From contig RDEW01000021.1 in NCBI GenBank assembly GCA_011109175.1, forward strand, positions 683,295 through 747,294: a DNA stretch of 64,000 nucleotides. The letters run 5' to 3'. This document shows positions 38,131-49,199 of the stretch, piece after piece. The position numbers and the translations under genes are program-made. The notes under the pieces were generated by a model. That model had not been told where the DNA came from. It saw only the letters and a program-made list of their open reading frames with translations, and did not search any database. The first letter of the stretch is position 1; every line of letters begins with the position of its first letter. Origin of the DNA: Dicyema japonicum (taxonomy: Eukaryota > Animalia > Dicyemida).

Positions 38131-39035
38131 CGTCCTTTACTACGCCCATCATGTTTCTTGACGACCAGAAGACGAGTCACCTCTTCTAATGTCTGGGTCT
38201 ACTTACTAGTTCTATTCATAACCAAATATACCTGTCGGATTTCTGGGAGTGTCCGTTCTTGGCTGTAACGTTTTTGTTAGCCACCTATTTTTTCACTTGA
38301 AAGTATGGGAAATAAATAAAGTTGTAATAAACATGTCTCAGGTGCCAGTGTGATGCAATGAAGCATATCCAATCTACTGGAGAAATTTCCATAAGACTTG
38401 ATGTTTTTCCCTGCCTCTAGATGAACTTGATGTTGTAAGGTATTTGCTTCTTTGACCGTGTGAACTGGATACAATTAGTTGTTAACTATTAACAGTGTAT
38501 CGAGGGTTAATAAATGTATTAATTAATAACAATGTTGATGTGCTATATTACACCAACTATGCGCTTCATGGTGGTTTTAGATCTTCATTTGAGTAGACAT
38601 AAAAAACCCTTTGGAATAAACAAGCCAAAGATTAAAGAAAGGGAAATATAATTTAAAACCTTAAGCTTCCAAGTTCAGTTTATTTAATGGGAAAATGTTA
38701 TAAGATGTACTTTCAAACTAATCGAGATAATCCTAATACAATTTTCATACTAATTTAGGATAGAACTGTACGAACATTACAGTGTTCCAAATATCACCTG
38801 AGTCCTGGCTTTTCTTCATCACCCCCTGCTTTGAGAATTCTCAAGTACTTGTATGTGTAGAAAAACTGTGTTTTACTCCGTTAACCTTCAATCCTTTCCT
38901 CAACGTCGTTTCAGACTTTCCGTATTAGTAGGGAACCGGAAATATTAAATTTTTTTAAATAGCAAAAATAATTTTTTTTTATTTCGAATATAAAATTAAA
39001 AAAATAATAACTATAAAATTTTATTTATTATCTGC

Positions 39036-41419
39036 TGTAGTAGAAAAATACTTCCTCCATAGAATGTCACCGGTTGTTAAGGGAACCCGGTCAATAAAGG
39101 AACTTTGTAAAAAATTAATTTGGTATTTATATGATCATATAAAGGAAGTTTTCGACTGTTATTGTTCGAATCCACGTCTTCTCTCTAAAAAACAAATCCG
39201 TAACTACGATATCGTATTCGTTCCATTTTCTCCTCTGTAAAAAATTAATTTGGTATTTATATGATCATATAAAGGAAGTTTTCGACTGTTATTGTTCGAA
39301 TCCACGTCTTCTCTCTAAAAAACAAATCCGTAACTACGATATCTTATTCGTTCCATTTTCTCCGCTGATTCATTAATGTTTTTCTAGCACATTCTCACAA
39401 GATTTTCTATATTCGCTGCCTTTTAACTCCAAAAATTCGGAAATGTCAGTTCCATCTTTTTCTTCATACCTTCTAATTCATCTTCATTTGGTTGTTTAAA
39501 ATTAAAATTCATAAAAATTTCAAAATGTCTATGTTTTGTAGTGGAATGTGACGATCTATTATAGTCATATGTAATTCGTTTAACAATTTTGCTGTTATTA
39601 TTATTTATTAACCCCGGATACACCGAGAAAGAAGTTAAAGTAAACAACTAATTAAGTGTATCCAGTTTCCACTTCTACAGAAACAGAGTCCATCCGGAAT
39701 CAGCATAAAGGGTAAGACGTCCATTACATGCAGTTGTGGAAACCCCTCCAGTGGAATGGGGAAGAGCAAATAATCCTTTTTCATGCCAGCCTGGCACTGG
39801 GCGTCACCTAGACAGGTGGATCACATGACGCCACTCTATTAGGAAGAGAGGAGGAACAGACAAGCAAGCAGAAAATTTAAACCAATTAACCACGCAGCAC
39901 CACATGGCGCCACGCGGCAAATCAGTGAGTCAATTTTTTTGCTGTAATTTCCGAAGGTCACGTTCGACGCACTTGTGGATGATAGCCAATTTTTAATAGA
40001 TTGATTATTCCTGAGAAATTTCAAATAATTAATTGTTACCGTTCTACTTGTCTCTGTATTCAAGGTGCTCTAGGCCTTCCGTATATATGCCTGATATTGA
40101 AATAATCGCATAATTCGGACATAAAAAAATTGTTGAATTCTTNAGAGAGAGGAAGAACAGACAAGCAAGCAGAAAATTTAAGCCAATTACCACGCAGCAC
40201 CACATGGCGCCACGCGGCAAATCAGTGAATCAATTCTTTTTTTGCTGTAATTGCCAAAGGTCCCGTTCGACGCACTTGTGGATGATAGCCAATTTTTGAT
40301 AGATTTATTATACCTGAGAAATTTCAAATAATTAATTGTTACCGCTCTACCTGTCCCTGTATCCAAAGTGCTCTAGGCCTTCCACATATATGCCTGATAT
40401 TGAAATAATCACATAATTCGGGCATAAAAAATTGTTGAATTCTTTACCGTTGTCGGTTTGTAAAACAACTGGTGGGTCAATGATGTAAAAAAGTGTTTTT
40501 AAAGCGAGTAGATATTTCTTTTCCGGTCTTAGTGAACGTTTATTCAACCCCAGCATATTTTGAAAAAGAGTCAATTATCAAAAGAACCTAAAGCTAGAGA
40601 AGAAAAAACACATGACTTTGAATCATTCAAATCAGCGTATCGCCTAAAATCTATAAGATCGGCTATGCAACGATCTCTTGGAGCACGTGCAACAATAGTC
40701 GTAATTAGTGGTTTTGTAGCCATTAAACGTTTAGACTAAAAATACAATAATTAATATACTTACGAAACATACATTTTTTAGGATCTGCTCTACTTCCTCA
40801 GTCTTGATGCCATAAATGATATCTCCTATAATATCAAACATTCTGTCTCGTATAAAATAGTTTTGAAGGTGTTAATTCTAACAATTATGATTAATTAGCA
40901 AACTTCAATAATTGTTAGCTTTAATTCGGCTTCTTCAATGTAGAAAAATAGCAGACTATTTTTTGATAAATAAAAGTTTTATCTGCAGTAAATTGAAAAA
41001 AAATCCGCATGTTGCCTGATTAGAAATCTTTCTTTATTGTTACTGGCTTGTGGTAACACATCAGATTCTTTAAAAGATTTAATTTTTGATAACTCCTCTT
41101 TAGAAAGTGTCACAAAACGTATTTTACACGCTAGATTTAATTATTAGAAATCTTTCTTTATTGTTACTGGCTTGTGGTAACACATCAGATTCTTTAAAAG
41201 ATTTAATTTTTGATAACTCCTCCTTAGAAAGTGTCACAAAACGTATTTTACACGCTAGATTTAATTAATTAATTTTTACACTTATATATTAAAATTTTAA
41301 ATGTTTTTTGATTTTATAATGGAAATTAATATTTATTAATAATTTCAATTTAAAAATATGTTCGGGGTTCCTTTATAAACCGGGTTCCCTTAACAATTGA
41401 TGACGTAGAATAATCTACA
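39036..41419 (-). mobile_element. Ginger/KRBA2-like integrase DNA transposon with imperfect TIRs, intron-containing, degenerate
   Basis: Spliced: RDRMFDII..EEVEQILKNVC (H2C2-like), PRDRCIADLIDF..VLLIIDSFSKYA, LQTDNGKEFNN, IRHICGRPRALWIQGQVER, NQSIKNWL, ITYDYNRSSHSTTKHRHFEIF. Inverted repeats ttgttaagggaacccggtcaataaaggaac (~39075-39103) and reverse complement of ~41368-41398; both ends can be drawn from TGTAG. Confidence 0.85.
39593..39918 (-). mobile_element. ~320 bp SINE-like retroposon inserted in the integrase gene
   Basis: Starts GCCGCGTGGCGCCATGTGG (A-box-like) and ends ggtgtatccggggtt plus a TAA-rich tail; same boundaries as 56701-57027. Confidence 0.7.
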
Positions 41420-41883
41420 GGTTCTGTTTTAAAATTAATTCTATCACTTAAATAATTAGCAGCAATAGTAAACTTTCAACATTGTCGAGCATAGTACGTT
41501 TTTTTCGCTAAAATAAATACTTAAGTGGCCAACTTATATTTCACACTAAATAGATGTTTTTTGAATCAAATTTCCTTTATAATCAATACTGTCTTATGGT
41601 AATCAATTATACAAAAATAAATTTACGACTAAGACGTTGCCTCCCTAATAGAGACATTAGTGGAAGAACTCCAGTATGAAATACATGTTTGAATAATGGA
41701 AATTATGACATAAAAATTAAAGGAAAATTAATTTTATTTTGAAAAAAACATCATTCCTAAGGTCATGCATAAACCATCCTGACTTAGTGGCTATTCCCTC
41801 TAAGGATGGCGAGCGAGACTCACTCAAATAGCCAGCAGGGCTCACGGAGATCTCCTGTGCGTGTAGAAATCGATTCTCTAGAC

Positions 41884-42953
41884 CAGTGGTTCCTAACCTG
41901 GGTTCCGCGAAATTTATTATAAATTATTTAATAATAGTGTTTAATTATTAAAATAAATTAATCATTCACGCATATATCTTGTTTCTGTTTTAGGTTAGTT
42001 AGTCAATTTTATAAGATTTTCAATGAGAAACAATAATTGAATAAGAGATTCAAAAATATTGAATGCATCTACAAGGTGCAAGTCGGAAATGTCCAATTTT
42101 CCGAAATACAACAACTTAAAATTGATCAGAGCGATTATTTTAATAGGTGAGTTATCTTGTAGCACGCTTTGGATAGGCACATACAATTGTCGAAAATCTT
42201 ATAAAGCCATGTTCAAAAAAGATCGTCGAGTGTATTTATGGCGAACAAATTTTGGCGGTCATCCGTAAATAAAAAAAACATTAAATGCTTTGCCGTTCTT
42301 CAAGAGTATCTTTAAGAATCAAAATGCGCATTGGATGATACAGTACTTCAGGACATCAAAGACCATTAGGTAATTTTGGATGATAACATTGCGGAATATT
42401 TTCCGGAAAATTTGATGACGATTGTGTTCAAAATCTATTCAAAGTTAAAGTAATACCAGAAATCTAACATCAATTGAATATGAAGATCTTATTGCTCAGA
42501 CNACAGTACTTCAGGACATTAAAGATCTTTTGGTAATTTTGGATGATAACATTGCGAAATATTTTCCGGAAAATTTGATGACGATTGTGTTCAAAATCAA
42601 TTCAAAGTTAAAGTAATACCAGAAATCTAACATCAATTGAATATGAAGATCTTATTGCTCAGACATCAGAATCAACGTCAAATCAGATATATAAAATGAA
42701 TCCCCTTTCTAATTTTTGGAGAGCATACATTCCAGCGACTTACTTATGTGAGTCGGGTTTTCAATATATATATACCAAAACTTCCGCTGATATGAGGATA
42801 CAGTTGTCAATAATAACTCTTAACGTCACACAACTATGATAAAAAGTTATCTCAATGTTCACATTTTTTTGGTTATTACGATTATGTTTTACCGAAAATT
42901 CTAATAATTGAATTGTGAGGGTTCCGCGAGCACCATAAGGTTGGCAACCACTG
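41884..42953 (+). mobile_element. Non-autonomous hAT (Charlie/SPIN-type) element
   Basis: TIRs CAGTGGTTCCTAACCT / CAGTGGTTGCCAACCT; 8-bp flanks CTCTAGAC (41876-41883) and CTCTAGGT (42954-42961); internal remnant IAEYFPE..TYLCESGF (hAT dimerisation domain). Confidence 0.88.
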
Positions 42954-43186
42954 CTCTAGGTCCCCCACCTTTTTGTTGCCGCTGACTGGTAAGCGTTAGA
43001 CAATTCTATCCTGGTCGTAGACTGTTTGCTTGCAACTAACAAGGCATGCAGCCATGGTTGAGGAATCACACTCCTAATGACTACAAAACGTATGACTAAT
43101 CTTATGACAAATCGTACTAACTGAGATAAGTAACTTTAAAAACTGCCCACATGTATGCCAACTGTATTTCTTGCACGATCCCTCTG

Positions 43187-43586
43187 ACATAAGGTATCTC
43201 CGTTGTGCTTTCTTACAGTTCTTCCTCCATACAATCACATAAGGTGTCTCCGTTGTGCTTTCTTACACTTCTTCCCCCATACTATCACATAAGACGTCTC
43301 CATGGTGCTTTCTTACAGTTCTTCCCCTATACTATCACATAAGGTGTCTCCGTTGTGCTTTCTTACACTTCTTCCCCCATACTATCACATAAGCCGTTTC
43401 CATGGTGCTTTCTTACAGTTCTTCCCCCATACTATCACATAAGGTGTCTCCGTGGTGCTTTCTTACACTTCTTCCCCTATACAATCACATAAGGTGTCTC
43501 CGTTATGCTTTCTTACACTTCTTCCCCCATACTATCACATAAGCCGTCTCCATGGTGCTTTCTTACATTTCTTCCCTTATACTGTT
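43187..43586. repeat. Minisatellite, 8 x 50 bp
   Basis: Unit acataaggtgtctccgttgtgctttcttacacttcttcccccatactatc starting at 43187, 43237 ... 43537. Confidence 0.97.
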
Positions 43587-44881
43587 ACGCGTGTTACGAC
43601 AATGCTGTCCACATTGTTCTTATTATCAGACAGTAATTAATCAGGAATTAATGCGCATAATTATGCCAAAGTAATTGTTGAGTGGGTTTGATTTAATAAA
43701 CCACAATATTTTTAAACATAATGAACTCCTGGTCAACCACCTGTAAAGTCAAGTCCCTTCAATTTTGGGTTAGACGAGATTAGAACTCAGATTATACGTG
43801 CATCCGACACTTTCTTTGTTCAAAACATCGGGATTCCGATATTTTCCAATTCTGTCTCTTCGTACATGCTCACGAGAAGGAAGACAAGGGTTTTCAGCCG
43901 TCACGAACACAGGTAGACAGTTCGTGTAATAGAGGTACGTCACCACATAATGTCAATCAAAGTCCTTATCGATCACTTCAGCATAATCACAATGATTATA
44001 ATTAATGTTGTTAAATGTCAATCAACCAGGACAAAACATGAGACTACAAGCTTTATTGAAAATTCAGCAGACTTTACAAGCACGTTTACCCCAAATTTAC
44101 TTTTTGGGGGGATTTCCAAGGTAACCATGAAGAGTGGTCATGGGAATTTGTGTTTAACTAATCAACAAATCCTTTAAACAATCAATCTCATCATTCACTA
44201 GTTGTAAGGATTAGTGACTGATAAATGATCACCTTCAATGACCACCCAAAAAACCCTCAAAGCAGACTTACCAAAGTTTCTCAGATATTAAGGGGGATTG
44301 GGAGTTATCCATCTTGAGGAAATGAAAATTCTAAGCATACTAGAGCCAGGACAGCACTTAATCTTGTGATCAACTATGCTAAGTGATAAAGCCTATATTC
44401 GCTACCCTATAGCAGATCTCTTTAGCGACTCACAAGAGACTGAGTGGAAATTCAAGAAGTTTATCAACCCATAACAGTAAAGTAGTCATCGATGTCGTTT
44501 ATTTGACTACTTTTATTCAGTTAGTAGTCCAGTAACGTGGTCAACCGCGTTTATGAATACTTTTGGTTTCGCCTGTAACGTTCTACCTATTTCTTCCTAG
44601 AATGAACACATTGAGATCATAGACACCAGTAAACAGCAAAACACCCAGCCACCAATGTACTTTTATTTATGGGAAAGAAAACCTCAAATTGAGGATAAAA
44701 TTACTTGAAATTGAACCCTGCTATGGTTATGATAATTTATTATGTTACAGTTCCAAATAAAAGCAAATTAATGGTCGGAAACATCAAAGCAAACACATGA
44801 AAACAATTTTATAACCCATTTGGAGACAATCAAAATAAATTAATTTTATGAACACATATATTTGTAATATAATAAATATCC

Positions 44882-45853
44882 TCAGATATCCGAGTAAAGT
44901 AGTTGGATGGCTTTCACTGCTCCTTCCAGCATCATGATTCCCTTGACATCCTCAATCTCCATGTTTACGTAGTCTTTTATTTTCATACAGCACAGAGTGG
45001 GTCCATCGACCTTATTGGCGTACAATTTGTCCATTATTGACTGGGACAGGTTCATCTCCTTCAAGAACACAACGACGTCATTGGTCGACCAGGAACCAAT
45101 GTGTTTTCTCCGATAGGCCACATCCCCGTTATATAAGGCCCTTGCTCCATTGGTCAGACCAACCTTCTTCCCCATGGAATCCACCCTGACAGGGGGCACT
45201 GGATGAGACTCAGCGGGAGTTATATTGGAATTAGTGCTTTCAGAAGTCTTGATCCCATCCATATTAGCTGACCCAGAAGAACTCTTGTCATTGAACTGGT
45301 CAATTATATTCTGGAACTTTGAAATAAAATGGGAGACCAAACCTTGTTTATGGCATTACTGTGATTATTCCTCATGTCCACAGCCGCGATGGCTGAGTCA
45401 GTGCGGATACTACTCTCAGTGGTGCTGTCAGAACTGCTATTCTTTATCATGGCTCGGTTGACAATATCTACATATGGTCATAAAGTCAATAATACTATCA
45501 GTTTTCTCAATAAAAGCAGAATAGCTCTTTGGGAGAGCAACGTTGGGTTTTCTATACGTCCTTGTCCCAAAATAGTTAGTATTTCTAAGAATAGTCTCAG
45601 AATTGGACTCTTTTTCATTGTTCTCTGCGAACATCTTTCTGATATCCTCAACATTCTGTAATATTAGCCCAAATGGTCTCACATTGATTGCACGGCGTTT
45701 AAGGCGGTATGAAACGTCTGCCGAGTCGATAGTCTTGCCATGATTCCACGTGGAAATGTTGGAATGTAGACTTTGTCCCCCTTTACTAGATTTCTTTTCA
45801 CAACAGGATGATGCTAATCCAGTAACGTACAAAAACACACCTTTGCGAAACAT
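44882..45853 (-). CDS. SAM-domain protein, family unassigned
   Basis: C-terminal IGSWSTNDVVVFLKEMNLSQSIMDKLYANKVDGPTLCCMKIKDYVNMEI is a SAM fold. Introns 45453-45471 (19 nt) and 45317-45342 (26 nt) join ORFs 45437..45931 and 44882..45340. ATG at 45853 is inferred. Confidence 0.75.
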
Positions 45854-46451
45854 GACTACGGCGGTCGGTTGTCGGAACGAAATATAAACCGTTAAAATGC
45901 GTAAAATCGAATACGACGGCGCAAATATCAATTATATTGACAGACGCAGTATCGACCCAATTGCTAGACTTTTTTGTTTCTGTACTTTTTATTATTTCCT
46001 TAATTGGTTAACTTCAGAGATCCTTTTGAGATCATTTGTTGATGACAACCTGTCACCATATTAATCTTTAGTTGCTTAACTTCTTTACAGCGCCTCATAT
46101 GTATTCACGTCACCAACTCCACATCCTTGTAAGGTTATCGAGAATAAATGACTCTATTAGCCATATTACACTGAAACGCCAATCAGTGACCACCTCAAGT
46201 AACGCACTGAGGATGTATTGACAGACAGGAAGTAAGCCTCAACTCAATAAAGGCACAAACGTATGGAAAGGTTCCTTTCATTGAACTTGAAGGGTTAACA
46301 GATGGAAGAGACTACTCAACAAACATACAATAAAGCCTATACGCACGTAGCACTTGCAACCCCCAGTAAGTAATAACCCCAACAACGAATAATACATAAT
46401 CTTATTAACTGATTAATAAACATTCTAGACTGTTAATAAGGGGTAAAGTTA

Positions 46452-47465
46452 TTATTTTAAAGGTGTAGCTGGTCTTCCTGCTAAAACACCATCATAGTGA
46501 AACTTCTTTTTATCACTAGGCTTCAGGATCTGGAAGGAACACATCAATGACTCATCCACCGACATGAAAGCCCCCGAATTATCAAACTCCCCACAGTAGT
46601 TTGGAGCCGAAAACACCGTTACCAACTGCCTCTTTGCAAAGAATTCATATCCGTCTTCAACAACCTGGTGAGCACGGCAAATTAGGTCAAACTCCGTCCA
46701 TTCCAAAAATCCCTGGACAGTGTCCGCTCCAAACGTGTAGGAAACCCCCCGATCGTTTTCTGCCCAACCTTGAACTTCCTTTTCGGGATCAGACCATAAC
46801 AAATCGCAGACAATCCCGTTGTCAGGAACATCATTCGGTCTCATTACGTTCCTGATTTGGTCAAGGTGCTTTAGGTCTGGACTCAGTCCTCCGTGACAAC
46901 AGAAGATCTTGTCGTCAATAACAGCAGCCAATGGGAGACAGTTAAACACATCGTTGAATGTCTTCCACATTTTCACGTTGAACCGTCGTTTACACTCGTC
47001 GTAGAACCCGTAAATTCGATTTATGCTTGTGCATTCGTGATTTCCTCGGAGAAGGAAAAAGTTTTCAGAGTATTTTATTTTATAGGCCAGGAGAAGGCAA
47101 ATAGTCTCCAGTGACTGCTTCCCCCTATCAACGTAGTCCCCTAGAAAGAGGTAATTAAAGTTATCTGTCTTATTTAGGTCAAAAATGCGCAACAAATCCT
47201 GGAACTGTCCATGGATGTCACCTGGATTATCATAAAAGGGGTAAACCGCATATATTTATGGGGGACTCCAGTTCTAGGAGACATGGTTGGGACATTATTA
47301 TTTCGCGGGCTCTTGAGCAAATGATCCTAATCTCTGACTCTATTAGCTGATGTGAGGACGGTTCAGAGCCCTTTCGTCCCACTATATTGGAATAAAGCTA
47401 ATTTTGTTACTTTCTGTGAGCTTTTTGATAAAGGAATCTATATCTAGTATTTCTTGGTCACTCAT
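46452..47465 (-). CDS. PPP1C: Serine/threonine protein phosphatase PP1 catalytic subunit
   Basis: [78 protein letters not shown]; introns 47382-47410 (29 nt) and 47222-47246 (25 nt). Confidence 0.98.
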
Positions 47466-47612
47466 TTTTCACACAAGAGTCGATATAACGAGAATAAATA
47501 TTTTATTATTTAAATGAATTAATTAATTTCTTTATTAACATTTAATATTATTTTCCAAATTATATTAATTTATTTGTATCTGTTAATTAAATCACGCTTA
47601 GTTTGCCTTCAC
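47466..47612. promoter_or_regulatory. Candidate bidirectional promoter between PP1 and MRPL10
   Basis: Only 147 bp of very AT-rich sequence separates the two divergent ATGs; function is inferred from geometry. Confidence 0.5.
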
Positions 47613-48378
47613 ATGAAGATTCCTTCCGTTTTCTACCAGCAATTGAGATTCAGAAGGATCAACCTACGGAACCCACGTGCGCGACATTTTGACCGTCGAT
47701 TGCTTGAGGCTGTGACTAAACCCATTCTGGAGCCGAACGAGCTCTCAATGGCGGAAAAGTGCAGTGTGGGGATAAGAAACAGGCGACTTAAGGAGAAACA
47801 AGAGGTTTTCTTTCTATGGCAGAGTTAGCCGAATCACTTCGAGGATTTTCTCGTGGCAAAATGCAGAGATCAGCTTAATAGGAGATTTGTTGTAGTCTGC
47901 GACGTCAAATCTCTGCCTAATCGCGCCTATCAGGACATTTGGGCTGATTGCGTCGAGAAAGGGTTCACGCTTACCTCCTTCTCTAACTATGTTTACTTGT
48001 ACCCCACTTATGAGTTATTACTTATAGAAAGGCGATCGAGGACACCGTTCTTTGTAATCTGTCCCCTTTATTCTGCGCAAAAAACTGTCTCATAGCTGCT
48101 GATAGTTTGGAGTTCGGAGAGGCCTTGACAATAATAAAGAACTCTCCATATCTATCTATTTTGGGTCACACGTTTGTTTTCTACTTTAAGGGGCCAAAGT
48201 GGACGATCAGATAATTAGAAGATCTTACTTTCTTGAATTGGCTGCTGTTAAGGATATTGGTTACCTCTATGGACAAATTTATTCCACAATAAGGTCAGTA
48301 GGTAGTTCACTGATTGAGCTGATTGCATCTCCACAGCAGCAGTTGACTCAAATCCTGGGATATTATTCTAAACAATAA
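47613..48378 (+). CDS. MRPL10: Mitochondrial ribosomal protein L10
   Basis: RRINLRNPRARHFDRRLLEAVTKP (mRpL10 N-terminal motif), FVVVCD, GAKVDDQI, C-terminal PQQQLTQILGYY; several ~24-nt introns. Confidence 0.82.
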
Positions 48379-48889
48379 TATGTGGGTTATCTCCATGGTA
48401 ACTATATTAGTTTAATCCCCCTTTTGTTTACTCCTTTTGTTAGAGAATCCTATTTGCAGTACAGATTACTAGTAATATCCTTATAAACGTTATAACACTT
48501 GCTTAGTTTTTAGTTAACTGCGGATATTGGGGTTAACTGGGGGACACACAGGAAGTACTGGGGAATTAGATGAGCACAGTATTTTGATCGTTCCACCTTT
48601 TTGTGTTCATCAAACGACACCACTGCAAAGTCTCATAATATTTGGTTGAAGTCGACGATGTTCCCTTTCTAGGTTAGGAGATCTTCGGCAATGGTGTGTT
48701 TCAGACGAAATTCGACCCCCAGAACTTGAGTTATTAGATGAAACTTGGATATCTGAAGTTCACCATTTCCTCCATCCACACAAGAAAGGGAAGGAGAGGT
48801 TACTTCCTTCTTAAGGGGATAAGGGCTGTGTAGTATTATAAGTCATAAATGAAATATTTTGTCTTCTCAGACTTGGTGACGGATTCAGG

Positions 48890-48975
48890 AGTGGAGAGTG
48901 TTAAGAGAGGCTGGGATCACCTGAATTCTGTTTATTTTGGATATGACGGTGGTTTTCAGGTTCAATAGTAATAAT
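48890..48975 (+). mobile_element. Very short 3' end of Jockey/I-like LINE family
   Basis: agagaggctgggatcacctgaattctg..gacggtggtttt plus (TAA) tail, near-identical to 5134-5200. Confidence 0.7.
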
Positions 48976-49199
48976 AATATTCTCCAAAAAGCACAGCTAA
49001 TAATAAAATGAAAAAATCCCAAAGACCTCAGTAAAGCCAAATTATCTAATCACTAGGAAGATTTTTCTCAATTAAGTCAAAAATCAATATGTTCTTTAAA
49101 ATTGTTTAAAACTTATAAAAATGTAGTTTTAGTAAAAAAAATTATATTAATCATAAGTTATAAAGTCAAAAAAGTTAAAATTTTGGGTAATGTCAAAAA

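Noticed and set aside
43187-43586. Regular array resembling CRISPR
   Set aside because: Whole units repeat with no unique spacers, no cas genes, and the context is eukaryotic.
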